Notes: generated from the letters alone by a model not told the origin. 61,675 nucleotides of DNA, filler included, from Nemertoderma westbladi (GCA_032718475.1; 3 parts of 3 records of this genome joined end to end with filler, not necessarily neighbours in it), one strand, 5' to 3'; positions 1 through 14,767 are shown, counted from the whole stretch's first letter. A program made the numbers and translations.

Positions 1-130
1 CAATGTCCCATAAAAATAGCGTCGATGATAAGTTGACAACAAACCGAAGTTACTGATATACAGAGTTTGCGTAATGAGTGTGAACTTAAAAGTTTAAAAC
101 AATACATTATATTTTAGCCCATGGAACACC

Positions 131-385
131 AGATAGGAGAGTCTTTGGATTGGACGAAAATGCATCCCTCTCCAGGAGAAAATCGACGCAAATGTTTGCT
201 GATTACTCCCAAAAATAAAACTGTAACCTGTTCTATTGAATATAGTTTATTGTTTTGATTAGAATAGAATAGCATGCCACTGTAAACTGCTCATTTCCCT
301 TAATTGATAATTTAACGTTGAGCCGAGATAGTACGTCGCTAGAGTAACGGAATTTGCGTCAAATCCCCACCCTACCCCCACCCAC
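131..385. repeat. Dispersed ~250-bp repeat family, copy 1 (related copies at ~19840-19960 and ~48930-49170)
   Basis: Blocks such as 'catccc(t/c)ctccag..gaaa', 'gattactc(c/t)caaaaataaaactgtaacct' and 'tagtttattgtttt' recur, with variation, at the three loci. Boundaries are approximate. Confidence 0.65.
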
Positions 386-454
386 CCATCGTCTCATGGA
401 CACATATCTGTCTAATGTCTACTATAATAATACACTTGAATTATCAATCACCAA

Positions 455-550
455 ACCTCCGGCTCCCTCTCCGGCCGGAGCTCATATTGTAACCCGGAGG
501 AACCTCCGGGCTCCGGCTCCGGATGAAATTTTAGCTCTGTCGCATCCCTA
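455..550. mobile_element. Terminus of a hAT-like non-autonomous element
   Basis: Ends in ...gcatcccta (reverse complement TAGGGATGC, the same terminus type as the hAT elements at 28487 and 37185), preceded by ctccgg subterminal repeats. The other end was not seen. Confidence 0.45.
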
Positions 551-2090
551 GTACCGAGGATGGAGGCCGTCATACAGGGCGGGGTCCATGGTACCGAGGA
601 TGGAGGCCGTCATACAGGGCGGGGTCCTTGGTACCGAGGATGGAGGCCGTCATAGAGGGCCGGGTCCTTGGTACCGAGGATGGAGGCCGTCATAGAGGGC
701 CGGGTCCTTGGTACCGAGGATGGAGGCCGTCATACAGGGCGGGGTCCATGGTACCGAGGATGGAGGGGTCGGAGAGGGTGGGGTCCTTGGTTCCGAGGAT
801 GGAGGCCGTCATAGAGGGCCGGGTCCTTGGTACCGAGGATGGAGGCCGTCATAGAGGGCCGGGTCCATGGTTCCGGGGATGGAGGCCGTCATACAGGGCG
901 GGGTCCATGGTTCCGAGGATGGAGGCCGTCATACAGGGCGGGGTCCATGGTACCGAGGATGGAGGGGTCGGAGAGGGTGGGGTCCTCGGTTCCGAGGATG
1001 GAGGCCGTCATACAGGGCGGGGTCCATGGTTCCGGGGATGGAGGCCGTCATACAGGGCGGGGTCCATGGTTCCGAGGATGGAGGCCGTCATAGAGGGCCG
1101 GGTCCTTGGTACCGAGGATGGAGGCCGTCATAGAGGGCCGGGTCCATGGTACCGAGGATGGAGGCCGTCATACAGGGCGGGGTCCATGGTACCGAGGATG
1201 GAGGCCGTCATAGAGGGCCGGGTCCTTGGTACCGAGGATGGAGGCCGTCATACAGGGCCGGGTCCATGGTTCCGAGGATGGAGGCCGTCATAGAGGGCCG
1301 GGTCCTTGGTACCGAGGATGGAGGCCGTCATACAGGGCCGGGTCCATGGTACCGAGGATGGAGGGGTCGGAGAAGGTGGGGTCCATGGTTCCGAGGATGG
1401 AGGCCGTCATAGAGGGCCGGGTCCTTGGTACCGAGGATGGAGGCCGTCATACAGGGCCGGGTCCATGGTACCGAGGATGGAGGGGTCGGAGAGGGTGGGG
1501 TCCATGGTACCGAGGATGGAGGGGTCGGAGAGGGCCGGGTCCATGGTACCGAGGATGGAGGCCGTCATAGAGGGCCGGGTCCTTGGTACCGAGGATGGAG
1601 GCCGTCATACAGGGCGGGGTCCATGGTACCGAGGATGGAGGCCGTCATAGAGGGCCGGGTCCATGGTACCGAGGATGGAGGCCGTCATAGAGGGCGGGGT
1701 CCATGGTACCGAGGATGGAGGCCGTCATAGAGGGCCGGGTCCATGGTACCGAGGATGGAGGCCGTCATAGAGGGCGGGGTCCATGGTACCGAGGATTGAG
1801 GGGTCGGAAAGGGTGGGGTCCTCGGTTCCGAGGATGGAGGCCGTCATAGATGGCGGGGTCCATGGTACCAAGGATGGAGGCCGAGAATGGATGCCGTCGG
1901 AGAAGGTGGGGTCCTTGGTTCCGAGGATGGACGCCGTCATAGAGGGCGGGGTCCATGGTACCAAGGATGGAGGCCGAGAATGGATGCCGTCAGAGAAGGT
2001 GGGGTCCATGGTTCCGAGGATGGATGCCGTCGGAGAGGGTGGGGTCCATGGTTCCGAGGATGGAAGCCGTCATACAGGGCGGGGTCCATG
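551..2090. repeat. 40-bp GC-rich minisatellite (~38 copies)
   Basis: Unit ggtaccgaggatggaggccgtcata(c/g)agggc(c/g)gggtcc(a/t)t, with interspersed variant units. The repetitive ORFs in all frames are by-products. Confidence 0.97.
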
Positions 2091-2997
2091 ATCGTCCAAA
2101 TCCAATCTAGCAAAATCGACTATGTTAAATAAATACGGGAACCAATAGGACGCTTTTAGCAGGGCCAAATTAAAGTTGGGCCTCAGCTTGCACAAATTCC
2201 CCCTCCCCCATTGATTCGCAAGTCAGGTGCTGGCTTGTTTAAACGTTTTTACATCGTTGTGATTTACAACAACCAATACACATCCAGCTTCATGATATAA
2301 CGTTTTATGAAAACCAATGAAAAGACCCCCACCCCCCAATATACAAAGTAATAGATAGAAAATTTTTTTTGTTTTTTACGAGATCTTTGGTTAATGTCAG
2401 AAACATTGGATTGTGACCACAAAGAACAGTCTTTAACAGGAAGTAACCATTATTGGTTTATTTGTAAATGCCACAAAGACCGAAAGTGTGAAAATTGGAT
2501 TCCCCCCTGCAGGTTATAGACCGTCAGTGTGGATTCGGAGATATGCGGTAGATCTTGGAATACAAACAGTTAAGGCATGATCTGCATTAAATATACAATA
2601 AAAACGGGCCCAAGATGGGAGGATGGACACAAATAAAACCGAGATTAATTTATTTAGTTAGAAATACTGTAACTGAAACGGTATCATTTTCGCGTAGTAG
2701 AAAAAGTGAAGATAACTATGGAATTATGGAACTTAAATATAATATTTATAATATCTAATATTCCTTGTACAGTAATTGGGTATGCCCCATGTGGCACGAA
2801 AGAAAAAAAACAAGTAGTGCAAATTTGATAACCAAAAAACATAATTATATCAATCAGATTTAATGACCGGGTTGTCTATGGGATGTCTCAAATATATCGT
2901 TTCTGATTGTGGTCGTTTATTTAATGTGCCAAAGTGGTACGAAAAATACAAGTTAGGCCTAGCATAAATTGATAATAAATATTACGGTTGTACTACC

Positions 2998-5900
2998 GTA
3001 GTCCGTCGGGGCTAAATGATGTTAGGAGATTATTGTCTTCCGGGGTTTGTGATATCCTTTTACTGCAAGAGACGTGGCTTCCGAAACAAGAGCTAGGTTT
3101 TTTAAATGAAATTCATAATGATTTTATTGGCAGAGGGGTATCGCCCGTTGACCTTTCTGCCGGTCCGCTAAGAGGCCGTCCCTATGGGGGGCTTGCAGTG
3201 TTGTGGAACAACTCGCTAGCTTCTATAGTGGAACCGGTTTTCTTTGGTACAGATGAGTGCAGAATCATGGGTTTAAAGGTTAATTTAAAGAATAACGAGG
3301 AAATGCTTATTGTAAATGTATATATGCCTTTTCAATGTACAGATAATGAACCTGAATTTACTGAGTGCTTGGGTAAATTGCAATATATACTGGAAACTCA
3401 ATCATATTCGTGTTCATCAATTGTAGGAGATTTTAACTCTAAGCCTGGAACTCAATTTTATAGTGATTTATTTGATTGGTGTGTTTCTAATTCATTAGTT
3501 ATTGCTGATACACTTACATTATCTAGCGACACTTATACATTTGTAAGTGAAGCTCATTCTACGACATCGTGGCTTGATCACATTGTGTGTGCAGGTCCGT
3601 TATTGAAGATGACAAAGGAAATTAAGGTGATATTTGATTACTCTATAGATGACCACCTACCGGTATTTTGGGAAGTTGATGTGGAAGTTATAACCAATGT
3701 ACAAACTTCAGGTTATAATGATGATTGTTCTAATAATTGTGATAAAAGCAGTAAATTTGAGTGGCGTCATACCACGCAGGATAATATATTTTTATATGCG
3801 GATACGTGCAGTAAGATGTTGGGTGATCTCGATATCAATAATGATTTTATTAATTGTAGGGATGTAAACTGTGGTATGCACCGTACCCAGATAAATAACC
3901 TATATAGTAAACTTACTGATATTCTTATTAACTCTGCTGAGGCACATATTAAGAAATTGCCTAAGAAGTGTGATAAAAAATGGTCTCACATTCCAGGGTG
4001 GAATGATTATGTGCGAGATAAGCATGATGATGCGAGGAGTAGTTTTAAGTCGTGGCGTGAGTGTGGCTCGCCACGTCAAGGTCAGGTGCATGTAGATTAC
4101 ATGCGCTCCAGAGCTGCTTTTAAGAGGGCTGTTAGACATTGCAAAAAAGATGAACAGAAAATACGTAATGATAAAATTGCAGATGCATTGCTGTCAGATA
4201 AGAGTTCTAAGGATTTTTGGGACCAGGCTAGGAAACATACCTCTAATAATAGCAGCCCCCCGCCGACTAAAGTTGGGGGTGCTCTGGGCGCAGCTGATAT
4301 TAGTGAAATGTGGAGTAATCATTTCTCGGATTTATATAACTGTGTAGATGATGATTCTGAGAAAGGCTATGTTTTTAATAAGGTACAAACTGAGTTACAT
4401 AAAAAGTTATTTGCAGAATCTGAAGTAGTTACTATTTCTGAGGTGCTAGATTCTATCAATAGTCTAAATACTGATAAGGCCGCTGGGCCTGACCAGTTAA
4501 CGGCCGAGCATTTAATTTATGGGTGCAGTCTCAACTTATTTAAAGTACTATCGGTTCTATACACTGCTATCTTTGTGCACGGGTACTTACCAAGTGGATT
4601 AATCGACTCGGCTATTTTTCCTATAGTTAAAGATAGGACGGGTGATATCACTTGTAAGGATAATTATAGAGGTGTTGCCATTTCTTCTGTACTGGGTAAA
4701 ATTCTAGAACGTATTATTTTAATAAGGTGCATAGACAAGTTAGATACAACAGATAATCAATTTGGATTCAAAGCTAAATTGGGAACTGAAACGTGCATAT
4801 ATGCCTTGAAAGAGGTAATTAATTATTATCTGGCTAAGAATAGTCCAGTATTTGTATGCATGTTAGATGCGAGCAAAGCATTTGACAGAATTAATCACTT
4901 TGGTCTCTTTCGTAAACTTTTAGATAGGGGGATTCATGTGTTCATACTGTAGTTAGGCTTCTTATTTTCTGGTATAGAGAGCAATACATGTACGTTAGGT
5001 GGGCGGGGCATAAATCTGGTAAATTTTTGGTTACAAATGGTACGAAACAGGGTGGGGTCCTTTCCCCGATTCTATTCAATGTATATATGGACGGTTTAAG
5101 TAGGGCACTTAATGAGACTGGGGTAGGGTGTCTAATAGGGGGTACAAGGGTGAATCATTTAGGATATGCCGACGACTTGTGTCTTTTATCGAATAGTTTA
5201 TTTGGGTTACAACGATTAATTAACGTAGCTGAACGATTTGCATTTTTTAATTCTATATTATTTAAGATGAAGAAAACAAAATGTTTATATTTCGTTCCCA
5301 GGAGCTCAGGTCATTGTATTTTTGGTGATGTATATCATATCTATATGGTATTAAAATTGATGTAGTTGAAAAATTCAATTATTTAGGGCATATAATTCAT
5401 AGCAGTGCAGATGATGATTTTGACATAAAGAGGCAAACACAGTGCCTGTACGCCCGAGGTAATCTATTAGCTAGGAAATTTGGTGCTTGTAGTAATAAAG
5501 TAAAGCTAACACTGTTTAGAGCATTCTGTTCAACAGTTTATTGTTATGCTTTATGGGCTAAACGAAATTATTCAGGAATTGTGCATAATAAACTCAGAAT
5601 AGCGTATAACAATTGCTTTAGGTTACTTTTTCATATTCCGAGAGTAACAAACGGTGAACCAACTAGTATTAGCAGCGCATTCGGGCAATTTAATGTTAAA
5701 ATGATGGTTCATATTAGATACATGTCAATTGTAAGTTTATTTAAAAGAGTTGATAAGACTGATAACAAAATATTGAGTACAATTACTAATGTATGCCGTC
5801 TGGACAGTACATCCAGAATAAGGGAAATGTGTGACCCTAAGACTTGGGTTTAAGTTGTAATTTTTTTATCATTTTTGGTCATATTTTTCGGTTATCTGTT

Positions 5901-6067
5901 TTATTTTGTGTATTTTTACTATATTGTTTTATAACCAACCTTATTGTGCTTTACGTTGTTAGCCTGACTGTGTACATTCTGTTTGTTTGTTTGTATATGT
6001 GTTAGTACAGTATTTTTATGGGCCAACTGGGCCTGAAATAAAGCCAATAATAATAATAATAATAATA
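2998..6067 (+). mobile_element. Non-LTR retrotransposon (APE endonuclease + RT), RTE-X-like, 5'-clipped and frameshifted
   Basis: APE motifs LLQETW, VGDFN and WLDHIV. RT motifs QFGFK, LDASKAFDRINH, GTKQGGVLSP and YADDLCLL. Frame breaks near 4950 and 5340. 3' AATAAA plus (TAA)n tail. Candidate 6-bp TSD ACTACC at 2992-2997 and 6068-6073. Clade assignment is from recalled motifs. Confidence 0.9.
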
Positions 6068-6674
6068 ACTACCATGAAATATTTTTTAGTCGGTTGTATC
6101 GTGATAAGCGACCTAGAAAACCAGAAAACCTTCAGAATTAACCAACAAAAGAAAATAATTTTTTCTGAAATTATTTTCTGTTTGAAATTTTGTGTACTTA
6201 TTTGTATCTTCCCACCAGACTAGAACAAAAAAATCATGAACGCATTTCGTGATCAGCGGTCTAACATTTTTATATTTATCAACTAAAATAGGAATTTTAT
6301 GAGCGTATAATTAATTAATAAGATGCCACAATTATTTAATTGTGTCAGAAATATTAACGCAATTAATTTTATTTCCCACTAAAAATAGTTATTTGTCCGC
6401 TTATTTTTTCTTCACTGAAAATAATTACAGTATATTATATTTACCTTTAATAACATTGTTTCTAAGACCAGGGCCAACAATATTAGAGGGATTGAACCGC
6501 TGACGTTGCTAGTGAAAATAACAAACTAGGCGGATTATTTCAACAATATCTTGTTCATATAATTAATAAAACGTACATTTACAACCAAAATATAATAATT
6601 AATTAATTTATTTATTAAATACTATTGAACTACGTAATATAAATATATGGCTATAAATAAACTGAAGCACATGT

Positions 6675-9600
6675 TTACCTCCACCAGCTGGTTACCGCAC
6701 CCAAAGCAGTCTGCCACGACCGACTTCCACCCGAGGCACTACGATACTGCCGTAGAATATACTGACCTAACTGCCCGTTACCACTAGCCTCCAAGTCCAA
6801 CGCTACCTTCTTTACTCTCTCAGCGCCACCTTCCGTCTGATCGCGGCACAACTCTACTATTATTAAGTTAACAAACCAGTCGATAGATGCGAACCGCGGA
6901 ATTAAGTCCATAGCGATAACTAAACCAACAACTTCCTCTAGTTGAGTCCCGATGTCGGAATCATACGATTCTAAGGATAACACGGCAGCGTTAATCAACT
7001 GATGATGTCCAGAAGTTAAAGCAAAACATAACGCTAAACTGTCCAAATTACATGATAGACAGTTCTGGAATATTTGCAACGAAGATTTCACTTGTAAACG
7101 ACATTTATTTCGAATGTATGTAACAACTCGAGTCATTAATTCAATGTGTTTACCTTCCAGAAGTCGCTCCACGAGCAAACACATGTGATTGGTTTGGGGG
7201 TCGTCTACGGAATACTTTTCAGTTTCGGGCCAAATCGTGATCATTCGATAGAGCGATTCGAGAGTGCCGACTGCGTTAGAGACGGCTAGAGCTTGCTGAA
7301 ACAGCTGATAGCGACCGGACTCTGACTGGCTGGTCTCCTCGTCCACGTTGATATCCCAGACGGACAGAGCCACGAAGGTGGTTTTATAATGGATGACCAT
7401 TATTCGATAGCCGGGAACCCCGTCCAACTGCACCCCCAATAGATTCATCAGCTCTAAACGACTCCCCTTAACGAGTGTCACGTCATTAACGTAAGGACGA
7501 CACACCTCTATGACAACATCAACTGGAACGCATTCGCCGTCGCATTGTACCACGCTATCGATGCACTCCTCCAACGCGTTGTAAACGTCGGCAACATCCC
7601 GCGTGAGATCAGGCCGCGTCGGTTTACCAAAAAAACAACTGCACAACGATTCGACGGCCGTGATAAAAACGTCTGAGACATCGGCAGTAAAGCGATCGCT
7701 GTCGCAGGTCGATATCAACGTGTTTATTAAATCCGGTTTAACGCCACCAACCGCCATTCGTTCGAAAACTTCTAGTAACTTATCAACATCGTCCAAGGCT
7801 GCGTCGAATAGTCCCAAGTACCTCCTGATGTTGCAAGTATTCGGGAGAGTATAGAGTGCTGATATCTGCTCGCCCGACATCTTATCCAGATGCTTCTCGT
7901 AACCATGGATACGGATAAGAATGTCGGACCAATCGGAATGTGACTTCCCGGCTTTCTTTGAGCGTTCGATCTCCTGTCTGGCGAAACGCAGGGCGCGGTT
8001 GTTGACCTCCTTCCTGTCGATGGGACTGAGTTGATTGACCGCTCGGTCACCCACGAGTGCCCCGGAGAGAAACTCGCCGAAATCGAGGGCTGACATGTGG
8101 ACGAAACTGTTGCGGCACGCGTCGAAACGGTGGGGCCAATCAATGGCCCCCTGCACTGGCGCCCAGAAGGTTGACACCGCGAAGGCTAGATAGACCTGGC
8201 TGGATGAGTACCCAGGGGAGTCGAGACGCTCACCAAGACGACCAACCAGCTGGGCCAATGGCGTCACAGTCCTTGGTGATAGCACCGGAAGTATCACTTT
8301 TATGACGTCATGATTGACATCCAATAAATTCTTATAGTTCAACCCGCTGGCGGATTGTTTTAATTTGCGCAAATATTTGATGTGAGTTTTTGGTGATAAA
8401 ATCTCATCGTTGTCTTTAAAATTTAAACGATCCAAAATAATGAAATAAAAATACATTTTTGAAAGATTTTCTCCGTCTAGTAAAGGGAACACCGAACTCT
8501 GGAGATGTTTGAAAGAGAGTTCAGGACATTTGGCTAACTCTGCTGCGATACCAAGATGCTCAATACGTTTCTCTATATCATCGAGTTCTATATCAGCCTC
8601 TGTAAGGAGGTATTCGAAATGATTGATGAGAACACCATCTTTGGGAATTCCATACTTCTTGGCTAAATCGACCGAGACATTGAATTCGGGGTCCAAATTC
8701 ATGGCTAATCCCAGAATGGTCTCCCGTCTGTAATCTGCATCTCTGGCAAACTTAGTGGTATTAATATTCTTATCAAGTTCATCCAAGATCTCAGCTTCGG
8801 CGCAGTCTGTTAGTTCTTTGAAGAACTTAATAAAAGATTCTCGTAGAACTTCTAATTCTCCTTGGAGATTTAATGAAGTCGATCTCAGTTTATCATTCAT
8901 AAATTGTATCAGTTCTAAAGGTTTATAATCGTACATGGAAGAATCTGATTGGATAGACTTATAAAGATGAAGTGCCGTTATATATGCCGCCATCTGCAAT
9001 CCCGTCCCGCCGTCGGAGACGGAATCCAAGTAGGAAATAAGTAAAGGGACGTTACTAAGGGAACATAATAGGCCGACACGGAGGTTCGTGTCGATAGACG
9101 GAAGGCTGGCGAGTTGGAGGATGTAAACTTCGTAGAGATCGTCGCTCCAGTTCGGATCCTGCAGGGAGGCCGTTTGGGACCGGAGTTGTTTGTACGCAGG
9201 AGTGTTTGAGAGCGGTTCCGTCTGATTGCGTGTGACGACATAGGCCAAATCGGCGGCGGAGTTATCCAAATCCGTCAGCGTCGAATAGAACGGATGCGTG
9301 GAAACGATGGAGTTGTCGGCCGCGGATACGTAAACCTCGGGTTCCGCGCTGTCCGTATCTACGTCGTCTTCCGTGTCCAACAACCGGGACACATCGGTAT
9401 TGTTGCTAAGCGACGTGTTTATTATATGAGCGAGCGGCACTTTGTTCAGCACCGATGTGGCGTGTTTGCCCGCCGATTTCAGCCACTCGGCGGAAGTCCC
9501 GACTCTCGATAACATTTCGTTGGATTTCTCGCCCAGAACTCCAGTGGTTTTACGCAGAGCCACCCCGATCGCGCCCACGGTGGATATATTCGAGTCAACC

Positions 9601-12303
9601 GAGGTTCCCAGTAACAGGTGATCTACCTCGGACAGTTTGGACACGGTGTCCGGCAGTTGGGAGCTCGGACAATGAGCCAGACAGTGACTCAACAACCGGC
9701 GTTTAGCGCGGAGGTCGCAGAATCCAGGATGGTCGGACAACCGCTGGCAAACGGACCACGAGTCGGACACACCGGAATCCATTGCGATACCGCAGAGTAG
9801 ATGACATACCGAGAAATCGTTGGCGTCCAGGGAACTTTCCGCTAATAACTTAATTACCCGGCCCCGGTTGACACCTAAAAGCTCGGCCAATTGCAGGATC
9901 CTACGGTGTTCCTTGTAGGCGCTGCTACGGGAATCAACCGCCGACTGGATAATCTCGATTCGGTTTTTACAACTGCGGATTTGTATCGGTAACAGGTTCA
10001 CATTGAAATCCCGAAGGATGGCCAATGCGGAGATGAGGTTGAGTTCAATCTGGACGACCTCGGGGCTGTCGACGATTAGGGTGAGGCAGTGGCGAGCCAA
10101 CTGCATGCAGGAATCGGAGAGGTTAACCGATGCGTTGAAGTAATCGCGACTAGCGGAAACAACCAGGTCGACGGAACGATCATACGGGAGTTTATATTTG
10201 GTGGGATTGGTCGGTTGGAACTCGATGTAGATCCCCGATTGGTTGCGGATGATGTAGTTGTCCGCGAGGGAGATAGAGAACTGACTGTATGAGTTTAACA
10301 ATGATTTAACAAAGACGGTGTAGCAATCTTCTACTGATACTAAACCCATTACCTTGCGTTGCACTTCCAGTAGATCCAACAGAAGTTGACGCCACTCTAC
10401 GCGGCCGGGTGGCGGAGTGGCGCCCCCGCAATGTGCGGCAAGTCGGGCTAACAACGCCACACATGCGTCCCAATCCCGACCCACATCCCGGACTGCTCGC
10501 GGCGTCTCTACGACCCCGTACCGACCGAGGATGTCGACCGCGTTGAGGACGTACTCGAGGCCGTCGACTCGGTCGTGGAGGTCCGACAACTCCGCCGTGA
10601 GCACCCTGTTGCCACGCAACGGCAATGCGTTTATTATCCCCATAGCGACCGGCAACTCGTCCACCCGTTGGCTCTCGTAGACACAATCCAAGGCGACGCG
10701 AATCAACTCGCCGTCGTCCCGCAGTGCTCGGTTCTCTTCGGATCGATTCGACGCTCTCGAACTCTCGATGATCTTTAGACACGGAAGCAGATCGACTCGT
10801 GCCGCGGTTACCATGTACTCCCGGATGACGTCATACCTGGACGCACCGGAAGTCGCTTCCACCCCGTCCAAATATGGTAGAACCCATCGCTGGAAACAGA
10901 CTATATATTCGTCATCAGGGCAACCCTCCATGAGGATACCAATCCGTTCCGAGTCGGATAACTTATCGAACTGTTCGAGGTCTACATCCCTACCGGAGTA
11001 GCTCTTGTAGGAGATCAACATCAGGGTTTCGAGATCGCGACTGAGTTGCTCCAATCCAGGGACCCCATGGCGAGACCCGATCTGTAGCAGCTGGTAGGCA
11101 CAATCGGGTTGCCGCGACAACGACTCCATCTCGCGCGCCCGGAACCGGAACCACTCAGCGACGTCGGACGCGGCATCGCAGGTGAACCGCTTGTCGCATA
11201 GCAACACGCTGCTGAACTCAACCTGTTTGGGGAACATGTTGCCCCGGACGACAGCGGATTCAGCCCAATCCGGCCGCCGATGGTAACGCGTCGTCCACTC
11301 CTCGACGCCCTCGTCAATGCAGCGCGGAAGTAAACCGTCGTAGTCGCTCGGAGAAGTTGTCTCGGGGAAGTTCGAGAGGATGAATAGTCGTTGGGGCTGC
11401 AGGACGTCCCCGTGGTACGTAAAAAGTTCCTCTAACGGACGCGGGTCGGCGCTACGAGCGTAGCCAACCGCGATATCGAGAAGATCTCGAGAACGGAATA
11501 ATCTATATTCCTCCGGGTTGAACCGCTCCGAGGCGGGATTCCCGCCGCCCAGAACCGCTTCGTACGTCGCCAGTCTATCCAGATAACCGAGAAGTTTCAA
11601 CCGCCCTCGGCAAACCTCTTTCTGCTCTAATGATATCGACTTCCAGTCCACCGAATCCACAAGTTTACTTCTCCTCTCCTGCTCCAACTCCTCGATCATC
11701 TCAATTCGTTTCTCCTCCCCGTAGTAATCACCGGGATCCGCTTGAATCTCCTCGTAGTCCACCGGGTCCGCCAACACGAACTTGGAACGAGTTTCCTCGA
11801 CTCCCGCCGCGATTAAACTCTCTATATCGGTTCCTCGGAGGCCGTAGTCGAGGAGATCCCGAGCCGCGTCCAGCGACTCCGGGACACGTTGCAGACACTC
11901 GTGAAGCACCCAGGACCGTTTCGATATGCGACTAAGGTAGTCCTGTATGGTCGCCATGGATACCGGGTGGAGTCGCCACTGCTGCTGGTAGACCAGATCG
12001 GCGTCGAGGTTGTATGCGCGGGCGAGGAGGAGCGCTTCGCCGAATTCGTGGTTCGCGAGTCGACGGCGGAACAACTCCTCCGGGGTGGTGGGACGCACGG
12101 CGACCAGTCGGTAGTCGCATTGCGTCGCGAGTTTCGGGCGCTTCCGGGGCGGGAGGAACCGCGGGAATTCCGTGAGGTAGTAGAGCGTGTGTCGCAGTAG
12201 GGAACGGGAGCGACGGGATATCGTAACCCCGGTATCCGAGTCGGAATCGCTGGAAGAATCGTCTGACGGCGTTCGAACTAGTCGTCGTTTGTTACTCTTC
12301 AAT
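6675..12303 (-). CDS. NBAS: NBAS terminal coding exon (5.6 kb, Sec39 domain and C-terminus)
   Basis: Matches recalled human NBAS: LYYLTEFPRFLPPRKRPK, TTPEELF, DLVYQQQW, YLSRISKRSWVLHECLQRVPE, ILSNFPETTSP, RRETILGLA. Acceptor ttttccag at 12304. Phase 2 joins the 25569 exon (AG+A=Arg). Stop TAA at 6675, minus-strand AATAAA near 6610. Confidence 0.95.
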
Positions 12304-12444
12304 CTGGAAAATATAATTGTTGTTTGAGTATTATTAATATCATTATTATTAACAATATTATTTTTAATATTATATATTAGACCGCAATACATTAATTATG
12401 ATTGAAATCGTTTCGTAATGTGGGGCGAGCCATGAAGTAAGCAA

Positions 12445-13481
12445 CTACTACTACTATTAGGATCGGCATGCTGCATTTTTAAGAATGCTGTGCCGGCTTG
12501 TCGACAAAATTGCGCCGCAACAACTCCCTATCACCCATGACATTTGGTAGATCATCCGAATGTTCAAGGCCAGTGTCCTTTAAGATGCGTCTCAAGAAAG
12601 TCATGGGCTGTCCACCATGCTTATTCACTCCATGAGGCTGCCAAAGTACAAGATTATGCACTGGCTGGTCCTCACGGCGAAAGCAATGTCCTGAAAAGCG
12701 GAGGCAATTTTGTTCTAGTGTCAAGCTTGGGGGAACCAATGAGACACCTCCAATGTTATATAGTGTCTGGTTGGAGATGTGTGCATTGTACTTGACACAA
12801 TGAACCCGGCGTAGCATTCTTGTGAATGTGCCATCCAGAGATTTGGTGTCCTCAGCAGTTAGAGCCCAGCATGGACTCCCATAGAGGAGTACTGGAACTA
12901 CAGCTGCTCTAAATAATCGGACTTTAAGTTTCCGATTAATTCTCGGTGCATGACTTCCAAATCCTGGAAAGCCTATTCAAGGCTGTCCATGCCTTTCCCT
13001 TACGTATTCGAAGGTCCTCACCTGACTTCCGGATCCATGATCCCAGGTAACAGAAGTTATCCACATGCTCAAGCATACCATCCTTTGAGCTTATGCTCAT
13101 CCGGTCAGAGACATGCTGAGGACTGTCAAACTGAGGACTGTTAACTGTCAAAATGTTGGTCTTTCTGGAGTTAATAAAAATACCAACACTAGAAGAAGCC
13201 TGTTCTAATGAGCCGAGGAGCCGTTGGGCTCCCTCTAGTGATTCTGAGTGAGAGTACTCCTAAGTCATCAGCAAAGTCTAGATCAGTCAGGTACTTGGCA
13301 GGATTTCCTCGACTTCTGGAGCCAGTAGGTGGAGTTATCATCACCCCATCATCATTATGATTATCTAAGAACATGCGCAGAACATAGTCAATCACAATTA
13401 TGAACAAGAATGGTGCAAGTGTGTCTCCCTGGAGGACGCCCCATAACACTTCAAATGGTTCTGTGTCACCGTCAACGTCAA
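12445..13481 (-). mobile_element. 5'-truncated RTE-clade LINE, copy A
   Basis: GVLQGDTLAPFLF, LTDLDFADDL, FCYLGSWI and RTE C-terminal LVLWQP motifs. (TAG)n tail. TSD AAGTAAGCAA at 12435-12444 and 13482-13491. Near-identical to 38769-39790. Confidence 0.92.
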
Positions 13482-13734
13482 AAGTAAGCAAACTTAGCAT
13501 ACGGGTACCGCTATGGGGCGAGCCACGAAGTAAGCGAGCTTAACATGTGGGTACCGCTTTTTCAACCATTATCTGTCGGTCGGTAGGATTGATGGTCTGT
13601 CGGCTAATAAGTCTCCGCCAATCTTTGATGAAATTAACCCAAAATTGGTACACAAAAAGTGAGTCGAAATTCTGAAAAAAATTAGAGTGGGGAATTCAGC
13701 AGTTCTCCAGTCTCCCGCTAGAGGACGGCTTGCT

Positions 13735-14700
13735 TACTTTGTACGTGATTCCCTTTACTTTCGTTCGTCTAACAATCTATCTGAATCACAATACATTATA
13801 TGTAAAGTGCTACTTTCTTACTTTACATACCAATTTGTATAAGTTATTACCTATGAGAGTCTAGAAATGTTTAGTATTTTAATACACTTTGTAAGATTAT
13901 TTTAACGCCGTAAGCATTGTCATTAGAACACAAGTTGATGGCGCAAACTGTCAAACACCCTACTATGTGTGCAGAGGGTTTAAAAAATGTATTTACTTGA
14001 ATTCATTAAGGGGAAGCAACAGGTTACAATGTCGGTGTTTTCTAACCAAAATAATAAACAACACATTACTTTGTACGTGATTCCCTTTACTTTCGTTCGT
14101 CTAACAATCTATCTGATCTGAATCACAATACACTATATGTAAAGTGCTACTTTCTTACTTTACATACCAATTTGTATAAGTTATTACCTATGAGCGTCTA
14201 GAAATGTTTAGTATTTTAATACACTTTGTAAGATTATTTTAACGCCGTAAGCATTGTCATTAGAAAACAAGTTAATGGCGCAAACTGTCAAACACCACTA
14301 TGTGTTCAGAGGGTTTAAAAAATGTATTTTTACTTGAATTCATTAAGGGGAAGCAACAGGTTACAATGTCAGTGTTTTCCAACCAAAATAATAAACAACA
14401 CATTCTGATCTGAATCACAATACACTATATGTAAAGTGCTACTTTCTTACTTTACATACCAATTTGTATAAGTTATTACCTATGAGCGTCTAGAAATGTT
14501 TAGTATTTTAAAACACTTTGTAAGATTATTTTAACGCCGTAAGCATTGTCATTAGAAAACAAGTTAATGGCGCAAACTGTCAAACACCTACTATGTGTTC
14601 AGAGGGTTTAAAAAATGTATTTTTACTTGAATTCATTAAGGGGAAGCAACAGGTTACTACAATGTCGGTGTTTTCTAACCAAAATAATAAACAACACATT
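13735..14700. repeat. Tandem triplication of a ~330-bp AT-rich unit
   Basis: 'tctgaatcacaatac...aaaataataaacaacacatt' occurs three times. The third copy lacks the first ~40 bp. Confidence 0.9.
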
Positions 14701-14767
14701 ACTTCATTATGGTCAATTTGCTTCATTACTTCATAATGGTCAATGGTCAATCTGTAATAACACATTA

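Noticed and set aside
628-2132. Many overlapping repetitive ORFs (also at 16012-17207, 18055-19432, 26010-26561, 50536-51176)
   Set aside because: They are translations of tandem repeats, open in several frames on both strands with no domain signal.
6485-6535. tRNA gene suggested by a minus-strand GGTTCAATCCC
   Set aside because: Only a B-box-like motif is present, and no cloverleaf could be built.
7603-12200. Short antisense and alternate-frame ORFs inside NBAS, AMACR and MMADHC
   Set aside because: These are expected shadows of GC-rich coding sequence.
12304-12392. ORF-track start (MYCGLIY...) as the NBAS N-terminus
   Set aside because: This is AT-rich intron upstream of the acceptor at 12304. 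Homology continues in the upstream exons.
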